From Chloroflexota bacterium (GTDB lineage Bacteria > Chloroflexota > Anaerolineae > Anaerolineales > UBA11579), in NCBI GenBank assembly GCA_039714215.1, contig JBDLJU010000001.1, forward strand, positions 5,425 through 69,424: a DNA stretch of 64,000 nt. Direction: 5' to 3'. Under the pieces are notes generated by a model, which worked only from the letters and a program-made list of their open reading frames with translations, did no database searches and was not told the DNA's origin. Shown piece after piece: positions 18,368 through 27,251 of this stretch; within the stretch, counting starts at the first letter, position 1, and every line of letters begins with the position of its first letter. Position numbers and translations under genes: made by a program.

Positions 18368-18912
18368 ATGCCAATGAACTGCAAATAACTTATCAATTTA
18401 TCTCAATTAACGCTCATAAACAGCGCTTCGTATCCATTTCTGGTTGAAAATTGCAGATAATTGAATAATTCCAAGGAGGGAAGGGCGTTATACAGCACGT
18501 TTGTTCTTTTTCCGCAAACGTTTCAAGAAAATCTCAATATACTGGACTATGCATCGATAGAGAAGAAATATTTGATACAGACCTCCGCCAATAACCAGGA
18601 AGAAAATAAGCGAACAACAAAGAAGAAAAGATGAATGATCGCTGATAAATGTAAGAAAAGAAAGAGAAAATCAACAGAAAACAAATAAAGATGTAATCCG
18701 CCGGGAAAATGAGGAAAACATTGCAGGGAGTGATAAGTTGTGTTATCGCTCCTAGTATGGTATGATTTCATGTAGTTGTCATTATTTTGGTTGTTTTGCG
18801 CCTTTTTCTTGAAATTGATTTATCAATAATTTTCTGGTTTTTTTGAGGTCTGCTCTTATGAAATTTTCTTTCTTTCATTTTTTCACCCCCCTGCTGGCAT
18901 CCACACTGGAGC

Positions 18913-20127
18913 ATGTTCATGATCAACGATAATTCTCTGCCTGCCCCGTTAACCAATTCCACAAATGCCGTAGAGCTGATTACTTCACACGCTCAGCAAA
19001 GTGCTGCCAATCCCCTTGAGGCCGCCAATCTCAACCAGCACCTGGGAAGTTTTATCAGCACAGTTGTCCAGGCAGCCAGCAAAAGCGATAATACCCAACG
19101 AGCGTACTACACCGGTTTAGCTACATTTTTCCAGTTCTTGAGCAGTGAGCACAAGGAGCTGTTAGAGCGGCTCAATTGGTATCCACTTGCAGACGTTGAA
19201 CGCGTGCCCGGTCAGAAAGCGAACTGGCACATCCGCGGGCAGGCAGTGATCGTACGGTTGGTACAAAGCTCCACATTAGACCGCTATCGCGATTGGTTGC
19301 TAGAAATAAATGCGGACCTTAGCCAGGCCACATTAAACCACCGCCTGAATGTCGTCAGAACCATGCTTCGGGTGGCAATGCGTGACGGTATCCTGCTCGG
19401 CGAGCAGTCCACAAATATGGGATTGACTCCTTATAAATCCCGCCAAATAATTAACAGGAAGTCTACCGGACGGCGTCTCTCAAGCGAAGAGGTCAAAATC
19501 CTCAAGGAAACTATCAAACAAATCGGGAGGATGGCATACAGCCGCGCGAAAGACGCCAAAAAATCACTTGCATTGAACAAGCCAGCCAGAGACCTGGCGA
19601 TTGTAAATATCATGCTTTATATGGGATTACGTACGATCGAAATCCGGCGAATTCTGATGGAAGACTTCTTCATTGACCAGGGAAAGTGGAATCTGGTGAT
19701 CCACGGGAAAGGCGATAAAGACCGGACCCTACCCGTTCACTCTGAAGCGCTCAAATCAATTCAGGATTGGATCTCCCAGGCAAACCCCCAGCTGGAAACT
19801 AAACTAACGCTGGGTACCGGAAAGATGCACCTATTTTATAACCTGCGCCCTACCGGACACCTTTCTAGCTATTCCTTGGGCAAGAATCCTGTGCCGCGTT
19901 TTCTGGCAAAGTATGGAGCTGCCTCTGGGATCGCCAGCGCGGATGGAAAAAACCGATTATCCCCCCACGATCTGCGGCGCACTTTCGGGCGCCGCGCATT
20001 TGACAACAACGCCCCGATTCTGGCAATCCAAAAAGCGTTCGGTCACGCAGATGTCAGCACAACGATGCAGTACATTGGCGTGGACGACCAGGACACCCAT
20101 GCGGTGATTTTTTCTGTTGACGAGTAA
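18913..20127 (+). CDS. Tyrosine recombinase / phage-integrase family protein
   Basis: 404 aa with the catalytic set visible: R in LRTIEIRR, HGKGDKDR, HDLRRTF (HxxR), and GHADVSTTMQYIG (His and Tyr). The second ATG at 18919 has better SD spacing (GGAG). Confidence 0.85.
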   Translation: MFMINDNSLPAPLTNSTNAVELITSHAQQSAANPLEAANLNQHLGSFISTVVQAASKSDNTQRAYYTGLATFFQFLSSEHKELLERLNWYPLADVERVPGQKANWHIRGQAVIVRLVQSSTLDRYRDWLLEINADLSQATLNHRLNVVRTMLRVAMRDGILLGEQSTNMGLTPYKSRQIINRKSTGRRLSSEEVKILKETIKQIGRMAYSRAKDAKKSLALNKPARDLAIVNIMLYMGLRTIEIRRILMEDFFIDQGKWNLVIHGKGDKDRTLPVHSEALKSIQDWISQANPQLETKLTLGTGKMHLFYNLRPTGHLSSYSLGKNPVPRFLAKYGAASGIASADGKNRLSPHDLRRTFGRRAFDNNAPILAIQKAFGHADVSTTMQYIGVDDQDTHAVIFSVDE

Positions 20128-20144
20128 GCCCCCTTCCCTATTGC

Positions 20145-20792
20145 CTATGCGCCGCTGGTGCGAATATCCTTAATCTCCTTTGCATACGTTTTCATGATCT
20201 TTTCAACTTCGGTTTGTTTTACATCACCAACTTTTAACATCACTTCACGTGTTTCAGGTTCTTCACTCGCATAAGTGCCAATCGCAATCACGTTACCGCC
20301 CTGCTGAGCGATTGCCTGGGCCATTTTTGCAAGCTCTCCCGGTTGATCTTCCAATAAAAATGTAGCCCTGACTCCACTTTCACGAGCGCCAGTCAGTTCT
20401 ATCAACAAACGGAACAAATCTGTTTCAGTGATAATCCCAGTTAATTCTTTCCCAGCCATCACCGGCACACCTCCGACCTTGCGATCAGCCATGATCTTTG
20501 CAGCTTCTTCGATTGGGGTTTCTTCAGTCACAGTGATAACGTCCTTAGTCATCAGCTCTGCAACTGTAATCTTACTTAACAAATAGTTTAATTCCCAGAT
20601 ACTTAGACTTGTGGCCATTGAAGGAGTAGCGTTCAACAAATCCTTCTCTGAAACAATCCCCACCAATTTCCCAGCTTTAACTACTGGTGCTCGGCGGATA
20701 CCCTTGGCTTTCATCAACTGCAGCACTTCTTGAATCGGCGTATCAGGGCTGACATGGACAACAGGTTGAGTCATTCTTTCACCAACTAACAT
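20145..20792 (-). CDS. CBS-pair plus ACT domain protein (AcuB-like)
   Basis: 215 aa with two CBS repeats (VHVSPDTPIQEVL..GIRRAPVV, VITVTEETPIEEAA..VGGVPVM) and a C-terminal ACT-like segment. SD AAGGAG. Confidence 0.8.
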   Translation of the reverse strand: MLVGERMTQPVVHVSPDTPIQEVLQLMKAKGIRRAPVVKAGKLVGIVSEKDLLNATPSMATSLSIWELNYLLSKITVAELMTKDVITVTEETPIEEAAKIMADRKVGGVPVMAGKELTGIITETDLFRLLIELTGARESGVRATFLLEDQPGELAKMAQAIAQQGGNVIAIGTYASEEPETREVMLKVGDVKQTEVEKIMKTYAKEIKDIRTSGA

Positions 20793-20827
20793 TTAATTCT
20801 CCTTTTCTATAAATTGGTTAATTATTT

Positions 20828-21538
20828 TTAGCCTTCGCGCTTTTCAAAACAATACCCAATCCCATGCTCAGTGTGCAAATATACCGGATTGGCGGGATCT
20901 TGCTCCAGTTTTTGTCGCAATCTTCCAACATATACTCTAAGGTACTCTGATTCTTGACCATATTCTGGTCCCCAAATTTGTTTTAAGATCCGTTGGTGAG
21001 AGAGCACTTTTCCAGAATTTCTCATCAAGAGAACCAATAAATTAAATTCAGTCGGAGTTAGCACAACCCCCTCCCCCAAGACATCCACGCTGTGGCGACC
21101 TACATCCACAAAGATATTACCTTGCTCTATCTGTTCATCAGCAACCGGGATTTCTTCCCAGTTCGCCCGGCGAAGGACAGCCTTGACCCTGGCAAGCAGC
21201 TCACCGACCCCAAATGGCTTTGTGAGGTAGTCATCGGCGCCTAGATTAAATGCCTGGATTTTATCTCGTTCTTCACCAAGTGCGGAGAGCACGATGATCG
21301 GAACTGTTGAATTTTCCCGGATGCGCCTGATCGTCTCAAGCCCATCCATGATCGGCATCATTACATCTAAAATCACCAGATTGATTAATTCCTTATCAAA
21401 TTTTTCTAAGGCCACTATACCATTAGAAGCTGTAGTTACCAGGAAGCCGCGCACCTCCAGATTCTTCCTAATAAATTTTCTTAATGGTTCTTCATCATCG
21501 ACAACTAAAATGCTGATTCTTTTCATCGTAAGTTTCAA
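20828..21538 (-). CDS. OmpR/KdpE-family response regulator
   Basis: 236 aa with a receiver domain (ILVVDDE, phospho-acceptor in LVILDVMMP) and a winged-helix C-terminus (LRVYVGRLRQKLE, GIGYCF). Confidence 0.9.
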   Translation of the reverse strand: MKLTMKRISILVVDDEEPLRKFIRKNLEVRGFLVTTASNGIVALEKFDKELINLVILDVMMPIMDGLETIRRIRENSTVPIIVLSALGEERDKIQAFNLGADDYLTKPFGVGELLARVKAVLRRANWEEIPVADEQIEQGNIFVDVGRHSVDVLGEGVVLTPTEFNLLVLLMRNSGKVLSHQRILKQIWGPEYGQESEYLRVYVGRLRQKLEQDPANPVYLHTEHGIGYCFEKREG

Positions 21539-21557
21539 TTCTCTTTCCTAGTAGTAT

Positions 21558-24236
21558 TTAATCAACTGGCAGCGTAAAAGCCAGGCAAGCTCCGGTTTCC
21601 TGCTCATCAACCCAGATTTCTCCACCGTGCGCTTTGACAAACCCTCTGCAGATTGCCAACCCCAATCCAACACCCGGTGTCTCGCGATTAAGCCCAGTCT
21701 CCAGCCGATAAAAGCTGTCGAAGACTGCAGTACGTTTATTTTTAGCAATTCCAGGACCAAAGTCTTTTACCCTGGTGATCAAATTGCCATCGCTCAATGA
21801 GACGGTGACCTGAATTGGCAGATCGCTTTGAGAATACTTGACCGCATTTTCGATCAAATTTCGAACGACAACTTCAACCCGATAGGGATCGATCAGCATC
21901 TTGGGGAGATCCACTGGAACGTCCAGTTTGATCCGTTCTCCTGGACTTGGGGAAGCCTGTTGAATTGCTCGTTCAACAATCTCGTTGTAGGAACAAAGGA
22001 TTTTCTTGAGAGTGAGGCTGCCTGCTTCAATCCGGGAGATATCCAACAGATTATTCACCAGGTCACTGAGCCTATCTGCCTCATTTGAGATAATTTCCAG
22101 GAACTCCCGCTGGGAGTCTGGCTCCCATTCGACATCCCTGGCGAGCAGCGTGGTGGCGTATCCCTTTATTGATGCTAAAGGAGTTTGCAGTTCGTGAGAA
22201 ACCGTTGAGATTAATCCAGTTTTCATCCGATCCAGCTCATGCTCTTTGGTCATATCTTGAAGGAACTGACCATGACCGATTGAGAAGCCTGTGCCATCTT
22301 TCACTGCAAATCCCTGCAGCCGATAAAACTTTTTCCCGGCAGAAGTTTCGAGATTAAAAGTAATTTCTTCCTCACCTTCACTGTTAAGTACACCCTGGAG
22401 TCTGGCCAGAGCTTCGGTTTTGTTTTCCGCGTCTTCGAAAATGGCTTTGAACAATTCGTCAGCTGGCTTCCCCAATAATTCAGAATCTGGTAAATTTGCC
22501 AGTTCCCTCACCATGCGATTAATATACAAGATTTCTCCCGACAAATTCTCCAACACCAAGCCAACCTCGAGAGATTGGATCAACGCCTCCAGGCGGCTGG
22601 TCTGAATTTGCAGCTGGGAATCACTACGAGAAAACAATTCAGCGTTTTCAATAGCCATCGCAGCCTGGTTCGCAAAACTGAGCAACAGATCGATATTATT
22701 ATCGGTGAAGACATTCACTTCAGGGCTGTAGACCACTAAAGCTGCTGGTGGAGCATGGATCGTCTGCAGAGGAATTGCTGCGAATGCCTGGTAGCCTTCC
22801 TGTTCAGCGCGCTGGCGCATATATTGATACTCTGCATCAGCTTTGACATCCTGAATAATGATCGGCTGACCAATCCTGAGAGCTCTTACCGTGATCGATG
22901 TGCCTTCATCCGGCTGAAATACCAACTCCTCAGCATAGCGTGGAGACAAACCACGGCTTGCCCTCGAAATAAAAGCCCCGCCGCTTTCGTCCTGTGCCAC
23001 AATTGTGGATTTTTTAATACCCAGTAAGCTTTCCACCTGCTCCAAGATCGTCGTGAGTACAATTTCAGGATCCAACGAGGAAACCACAACCTGGCTGGTT
23101 TCCAGCAAGGTGCCTAATTCATCGATCCTTGCTTGCAAAGACTCCTCCATCCATGAGAAGCTGCGGATCAGGTTCCCAATTTGGTCTTCCCGGCGACTGA
23201 TCTCTAAGAATCTTTCCTTGCGGTCCAGGCCCCCGGATGGATCAGATCCAACCTGAACGCTGTACGCAGCAAGCTTTTCTAACGGTTGGAGCACATTGAA
23301 ATACAGGGCGCCCCAGAAGAATATTCCAATACCCGAGATGACCAGGATAACCAAATTGACCCCACGATGAAGCAGTTCTGGTGTGTGAAATGATACCGAG
23401 GTTGGCTGGCTGACAATCACCCCCCATCCAGCACTGGGAATTGGGACATAACTGTACAGCCTCTCAACACCGTCTTGGGCATGGTCAATCCGGCTTCCCT
23501 CACCGCCTGCCAGTAGATCCCCAATAATTTCTGGCAATCTTTCAGTCAGGTTCTGAAGTAATTCTTCAGGTTTGGGGGAAGCAACCGTATCACCAATTGA
23601 ATCCACAATTACCAATTCGAATTGATCACTTTCAGGATATCCCTGGGTGATCCTACTCAATGTTGAACTGAAAGATTGGAGCTTAATATTCGCGGCAACC
23701 ACACCCCGAAATTCTTCACCCTCCCAAATAGGCATCACCGCTGTGGTGACTGGCTCGAGTGTGGTTGGAGAGATTCTTCCCAATGCAATTAAAGGCGATT
23801 CAGTCTCCATCGCACGTTTAAAGTAAGAACGAAAAGAAAAATTTGACCCAACGGAACTTATCGGTCCAACAGGGTAATGAACGATCATGATGCCATCAGG
23901 AGACAAACGATAGATGAGGGATACATCTGGCCTGGCACTCATCACGTTTTCAAAAATCTCTAACATGCCCTGGTTGTCACCCGCAATGACTGCATCGTAC
24001 TTTGCCACCTCTAAAATACTCAGGAGTGAATATTCAAGCGCGGTGTCTGTTTCCTCAGCGATCACCCGCGCGAGGGTCAAATCCCCCGCAATGATATCCT
24101 GCCGCAGACGGTCACTGGCAAACTGGTCAAAAGCCAATGCCATGATTACGATAGGTACGACAAATAATGAGTATAAAACCAGCAGCTGAATACCTAGATC
24201 ATTGCGCAGCCTGGAGAGGAAACCTCGAATCATCAT
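21558..24236 (-). CDS. Sensor histidine kinase (Cache-like extracellular domain, HAMP, GAF, PAS, HisKA, HATPase)
   Basis: 892 aa with two TM segments flanking a ~270-aa periplasmic-type domain. H-box SHELQTPLASIKGY and G-box GVGLGLAICRGFV. Confidence 0.85.
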   Translation of the reverse strand: MMIRGFLSRLRNDLGIQLLVLYSLFVVPIVIMALAFDQFASDRLRQDIIAGDLTLARVIAEETDTALEYSLLSILEVAKYDAVIAGDNQGMLEIFENVMSARPDVSLIYRLSPDGIMIVHYPVGPISSVGSNFSFRSYFKRAMETESPLIALGRISPTTLEPVTTAVMPIWEGEEFRGVVAANIKLQSFSSTLSRITQGYPESDQFELVIVDSIGDTVASPKPEELLQNLTERLPEIIGDLLAGGEGSRIDHAQDGVERLYSYVPIPSAGWGVIVSQPTSVSFHTPELLHRGVNLVILVISGIGIFFWGALYFNVLQPLEKLAAYSVQVGSDPSGGLDRKERFLEISRREDQIGNLIRSFSWMEESLQARIDELGTLLETSQVVVSSLDPEIVLTTILEQVESLLGIKKSTIVAQDESGGAFISRASRGLSPRYAEELVFQPDEGTSITVRALRIGQPIIIQDVKADAEYQYMRQRAEQEGYQAFAAIPLQTIHAPPAALVVYSPEVNVFTDNNIDLLLSFANQAAMAIENAELFSRSDSQLQIQTSRLEALIQSLEVGLVLENLSGEILYINRMVRELANLPDSELLGKPADELFKAIFEDAENKTEALARLQGVLNSEGEEEITFNLETSAGKKFYRLQGFAVKDGTGFSIGHGQFLQDMTKEHELDRMKTGLISTVSHELQTPLASIKGYATTLLARDVEWEPDSQREFLEIISNEADRLSDLVNNLLDISRIEAGSLTLKKILCSYNEIVERAIQQASPSPGERIKLDVPVDLPKMLIDPYRVEVVVRNLIENAVKYSQSDLPIQVTVSLSDGNLITRVKDFGPGIAKNKRTAVFDSFYRLETGLNRETPGVGLGLAICRGFVKAHGGEIWVDEQETGACLAFTLPVD

Positions 24237-24245
24237 TTAATAAAC

Positions 24246-26366
24246 TTAATCGCCCTCCTTCGAAGAAAGGAACATCCGCATATCAACAGCAACTGCGCCG
24301 CATCCCTCTTCGAATACATACAGTGGATTAATTTCTACTTCATCAATTTGCTGATGATCGACAATCAGCTGTCCGATCCTGACCAGCACATCCTTGACAG
24401 CTTGAACATCTGCAGCCGCATATTGTCTGAATCCTTGCAGCTTCTTCCCAGCCCAAGAATTATTGATCAAATAATCAAGGTCCTCGGAGGTTAGCGGAGC
24501 CAATGCAAAATTAATATCCTTGATCCCTTCCACCTCAACTCCACCGCTGCCGAACATTACCAGCGGTCCAAAGATTGGATCTCGCACCGCTCCGACAATC
24601 ACTTCATGGCCCCCAGAAACCATTTTTTGAACATAAGCACCTCGAATGTCAACTTCAGGCTTAAGAGCCTTTACTGCCGCTGTGAGATGGCTGTAGGCAT
24701 CTTCTACCTCCTGCCCATCCTGTAAATTTAGGACAATTCCTCCAAGATCAGATTTGTGGGAGATACCTTCGGCTGCGATTTTTAACACCACCGGTAATCC
24801 AATTTCCTCGGAGATTTTAACGGCTGAGTTCGCGTTTCCTGCCAGGTGAAGTTTGCCTACAGGAATACCATAGAGATCCAGTATATTTTCAGTTTCCTCG
24901 GCTGGCACTAACCTATCAATATTTTTACTCAGGATAGCAAGGATTGGCTCAACGGGACTTTGATCAATTTCTAAATTAATCCTTTGATGATTGCCATTAG
25001 CCGTTACAACTTGGGTTCGCTTCCAAAGAGCACCAATTGCAGAAGCGGCTTTCTCCGGAAAATTATATTCTGGGACCTTATTTACCCGCAGCATCGCCAC
25101 TCCTGCTGCCACCTGCTCACTACCCATTAGCGAATACACCACGGGCTTCTGATTTTTTACTTTTATTACTGGCAGACAGGCGGAAACCATATCCTCAACA
25201 GGATACATTGGCGGCGGCGGAGCAATTACCATCACAGCATCCACTTCTGGAGAATCCAGCAGAATTTTTAAGCATTCCGAATAAAGCTCTGCAGATGCGG
25301 AAGCGAGGATATCAATCGGGTTTTCAATGCTTGCGGCATCAGGGAGCAAAGCCGATAGTTTTTCTTTATCGGTCACGGTCAAATCAGCCATGGTTAATCC
25401 ATGGACAGAGAGTGCATCTGTGGCAGCGACACCCGGTCCACCAGCATTGGTCAAAACTGCCACGCGGTTACCTGCAGGAAGCGGGGCCCAGGCAAGCGAT
25501 TCTGCCCAATTAAACATTTCTTCCGTGTTTTCTGCACGGATCACACCGGCTCGCCGGAAAGCAGCATCGAATGCGTGGTCTGCTCCTGCCAACGCGCCCG
25601 TATGTGAGGAAGCTGCCTGCTTGCCTTTTTCTGTACGGCCAACCTTAAGCGCAATCACTGGTTTTTTAGCTGAAGCCTGCGTCGCTTGAGCAACAAACTT
25701 GTCTCCATCTTTTACGCTTTCAAGATAAAGGGTGATTACAGCGGTGTGTTCATCTTCCGCTAAAGATCCAATCACATCGGACTCATTAACTACGATTTGA
25801 TTGCCAAGACTGATAATCGTTGAAAAACTAAAACCTGCCCTTCTCACCCAGTCAATAACACCAGCACCAAGGGCACCTGAGTGGGTAATAAATCCAATAT
25901 CACCAGGTTCAGGCATTGGTGGCTGAATAAAGGTAGTATCAATTGGGAAATGGGTGTCGATCACCCCGATGCAGTTAGGTCCAAGTATATTAAGTCCCCT
26001 GTCCTCGGCTAGTTTAATACAATCAACTTCGTAAGCGCGACCAGCAATACCAATTTCAGAAAAACCTCCAGAAATTATGATGAAATTATTAATCCCATTA
26101 TGACTACACGCATTAATTGATTCCGCCACGATTGGTGCAGGAATGACCACAACCGCAAGGTCAATATCTACAGGTAAGTGTGCAATTGAAGTATGCATTT
26201 GCTTTCCAAATAAATCCCCGCCCTTTGGATTGACAAAATACAAATCTCCCGAAAAACCGCTGGCAATCAAATTTCGGGAAACACCATAACCTAACTTGGC
26301 CTGGTTAGATGTCGCTCCTATTACGGCGACACTCTTAGGGTTCAACAGATTTTTTAGATTTGGCAT
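24246..26366 (-). CDS. ADP-forming acetyl-/acyl-CoA synthetase (fused alpha-beta)
   Basis: CoA-binding N-terminus (KSVAVIGATSN), succinyl-CoA-ligase-like middle and an ATP-grasp C-terminus. Start taken at ATG 26366 (MPNLKNLL). The ORF-track extension to 26444 would run through the tRNA-Met terminator. Confidence 0.8.
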   Translation of the reverse strand: MPNLKNLLNPKSVAVIGATSNQAKLGYGVSRNLIASGFSGDLYFVNPKGGDLFGKQMHTSIAHLPVDIDLAVVVIPAPIVAESINACSHNGINNFIIISGGFSEIGIAGRAYEVDCIKLAEDRGLNILGPNCIGVIDTHFPIDTTFIQPPMPEPGDIGFITHSGALGAGVIDWVRRAGFSFSTIISLGNQIVVNESDVIGSLAEDEHTAVITLYLESVKDGDKFVAQATQASAKKPVIALKVGRTEKGKQAASSHTGALAGADHAFDAAFRRAGVIRAENTEEMFNWAESLAWAPLPAGNRVAVLTNAGGPGVAATDALSVHGLTMADLTVTDKEKLSALLPDAASIENPIDILASASAELYSECLKILLDSPEVDAVMVIAPPPPMYPVEDMVSACLPVIKVKNQKPVVYSLMGSEQVAAGVAMLRVNKVPEYNFPEKAASAIGALWKRTQVVTANGNHQRINLEIDQSPVEPILAILSKNIDRLVPAEETENILDLYGIPVGKLHLAGNANSAVKISEEIGLPVVLKIAAEGISHKSDLGGIVLNLQDGQEVEDAYSHLTAAVKALKPEVDIRGAYVQKMVSGGHEVIVGAVRDPIFGPLVMFGSGGVEVEGIKDINFALAPLTSEDLDYLINNSWAGKKLQGFRQYAAADVQAVKDVLVRIGQLIVDHQQIDEVEINPLYVFEEGCGAVAVDMRMFLSSKEGD

Positions 26367-26420
26367 GCAGAATTCCTGGAGTATGAGAATACTAAGATTA
26401 TAAACCACAATCCAAGAATA

Positions 26421-26451
26421 GAAAAAAGGGTTGCTCTTAAACAACCCTTTT
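26421..26451 (-). terminator. Intrinsic terminator downstream of tRNA-Met
   Basis: 9-bp stem AAAGGGTTG / CAACCCTTT (26425-26433 with 26442-26450) with an 8-nt loop, followed on the minus strand by a T-run. Confidence 0.75.
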
Positions 26452-26454
26452 GTG

Positions 26455-26527
26455 TGGCGAGGGACGGACTTGAACCGTCAACCCATGGCTTATGAGTCCA
26501 TTGCTCTGCCGATTGAGCTACCTCGCC
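26455..26527 (-). tRNA. tRNA with CAT anticodon (elongator Met, or Ile2 if lysidine-modified)
   Basis: Cloverleaf folded by hand: acceptor GGCGAGG/CCTCGCC, D-stem GCTC/GAGC, anticodon loop CTCATAA, T-arm GACGG-TTCAAGT-CCGTC, discriminator A. There is an A31.G39 mismatch, CCA is not encoded, and it is not initiator-like. Confidence 0.9.
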
Positions 26528-26542
26528 TAGTTAAGCGGAGAA

Positions 26543-26571
26543 AGTTTACTATGAGCACACCGATTTGTCAA
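26543..26571 (-). promoter_or_regulatory. Sigma-70-type promoter for tRNA-Met
   Basis: Minus strand TTGACA (26571-26566), 17 nt, TAAACT (26548-26543). The -10 ends 15 nt before the tRNA 5' end. Confidence 0.6.
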
Positions 26572-26599
26572 CTTTTATCGAATAATCTCCCGTATTTTT

Positions 26600-26980
26600 T
26601 TACTCATTGAAGGTCAACCACATGATCCAGGCATCCCAATTGCTGGTGAATTCTTGTGGTTCAGCTTCCTGGAATTTCTCTTCAGGTATATAGCCGCCAT
26701 CCGGGATGGGCACGATGACAATATCATCCTCCATCCCCATCCAATTCTGCTCGCGCGCCCACTCTGCAATCGCCTCATCAGATTCGGCATATTCAATTGA
26801 CTGCATCAATGAATATTCTTGGGCTTGTAGATCCGCCAGTCTCCCCTCTTCAACCTCCATTTGGCCGCGCAGTTCCATCAAGTGGATCATCCGGGAATTA
26901 AAATCAACCACCAGCAGCAGTAAAAGAACTACCCCTAAAGCAGTTGCTATTCTTCGTGCCCAAGCCCGGAATATCTTCAT
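26600..26980 (-). CDS. FtsB/DivIC-like septum-formation-initiator family protein (tentative)
   Basis: Start taken at ATG 26980 (MKIFRAW). It has a single N-terminal TM (ALGVVLLLLLVV), a coiled-coil segment (RGQMEVEEGRLADLQAQEYSL) and an acidic tail. Confidence 0.5.
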   Translation of the reverse strand: MKIFRAWARRIATALGVVLLLLLVVDFNSRMIHLMELRGQMEVEEGRLADLQAQEYSLMQSIEYAESDEAIAEWAREQNWMGMEDDIVIVPIPDGGYIPEEKFQEAEPQEFTSNWDAWIMWLTFNE

Positions 26981-26986
26981 AATCTG

Positions 26987-27016
26987 ATTATACTTCACTC
27001 TCAATTTATTGCGCAA
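26987..27016 (-). promoter_or_regulatory. Candidate promoter giving a leaderless ftsB-like mRNA
   Basis: Minus strand TTGCGC (27016-27011), 18 nt, TATAAT (26992-26987), then 6 nt (cagatt), then ATG 26980. No SD. Confidence 0.45.
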
Positions 27017-27070
27017 GTAAAAATAGAATCTGCAAGAAACATTCCAATCAACGATTTTACGAGATACCCC

Positions 27071-27107
27071 AAATTAAACAAAAACAACTCAACAGATGAG
27101 TTGTTTT
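27071..27107 (-). terminator. Intrinsic terminator downstream of tRNA-Leu
   Basis: 10-bp stem AAAACAACTC / GAGTTGTTTT (27081-27090 with 27098-27107) with a 7-nt loop and T-rich 3' flank on the minus strand. Confidence 0.7.
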
Positions 27108-27108
27108 A

Positions 27109-27192
27109 TGCCGAAGGTGGGAGTCGAACCCACATGGGCCGAAGCCCACTACGCCCTGAACGTAGCGCGTCTGCCTGTTCCGCCACTTCGGC
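27109..27192 (-). tRNA. tRNA-Leu (CAG)
   Basis: Acceptor GCCGAAG/CTTCGGC, anticodon arm CTACG-TTCAGGG-CGTAG, long variable arm GGGC-TTCG-GCCC, T-arm GTGGG-TTCGACT-CCCAC. Confidence 0.93.
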
Positions 27193-27200
27193 TCTGCGGT

Positions 27201-27228
27201 ATTTTACTTTGTTTTAGTTATTTGTCAA
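27201..27228 (-). promoter_or_regulatory. Sigma-70-type promoter for tRNA-Leu
   Basis: Minus strand TTGACA (27228-27223), 16 nt, TAAAAT (27206-27201). The tRNA 5' end lies 8 nt after the -10. Confidence 0.6.
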
Positions 27229-27251
27229 CTAATTGCCTGATCTTAACAAAT

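Noticed and set aside
18364-18447. 27-aa ORF (MNANELQITYQFISINAHKQRFVSISG) whose ATG overlaps the TGA of the 257-aa ORF (ATGA)
   Set aside because: The ATGA overlap is suggestive of coupling, but the ORF is very short, has no recognisable features, and such overlaps arise easily by chance.
18547-18962. Two minus-strand ORFs (74 aa and 64 aa) in the spacer upstream of the recombinase
   Set aside because: The 74-aa product is F/L/S-rich purely because the opposite strand is a polypurine tract. The 64-aa ORF is Lys/Arg-rich, overlaps the recombinase start and lacks an SD. Neither can be supported as a gene.
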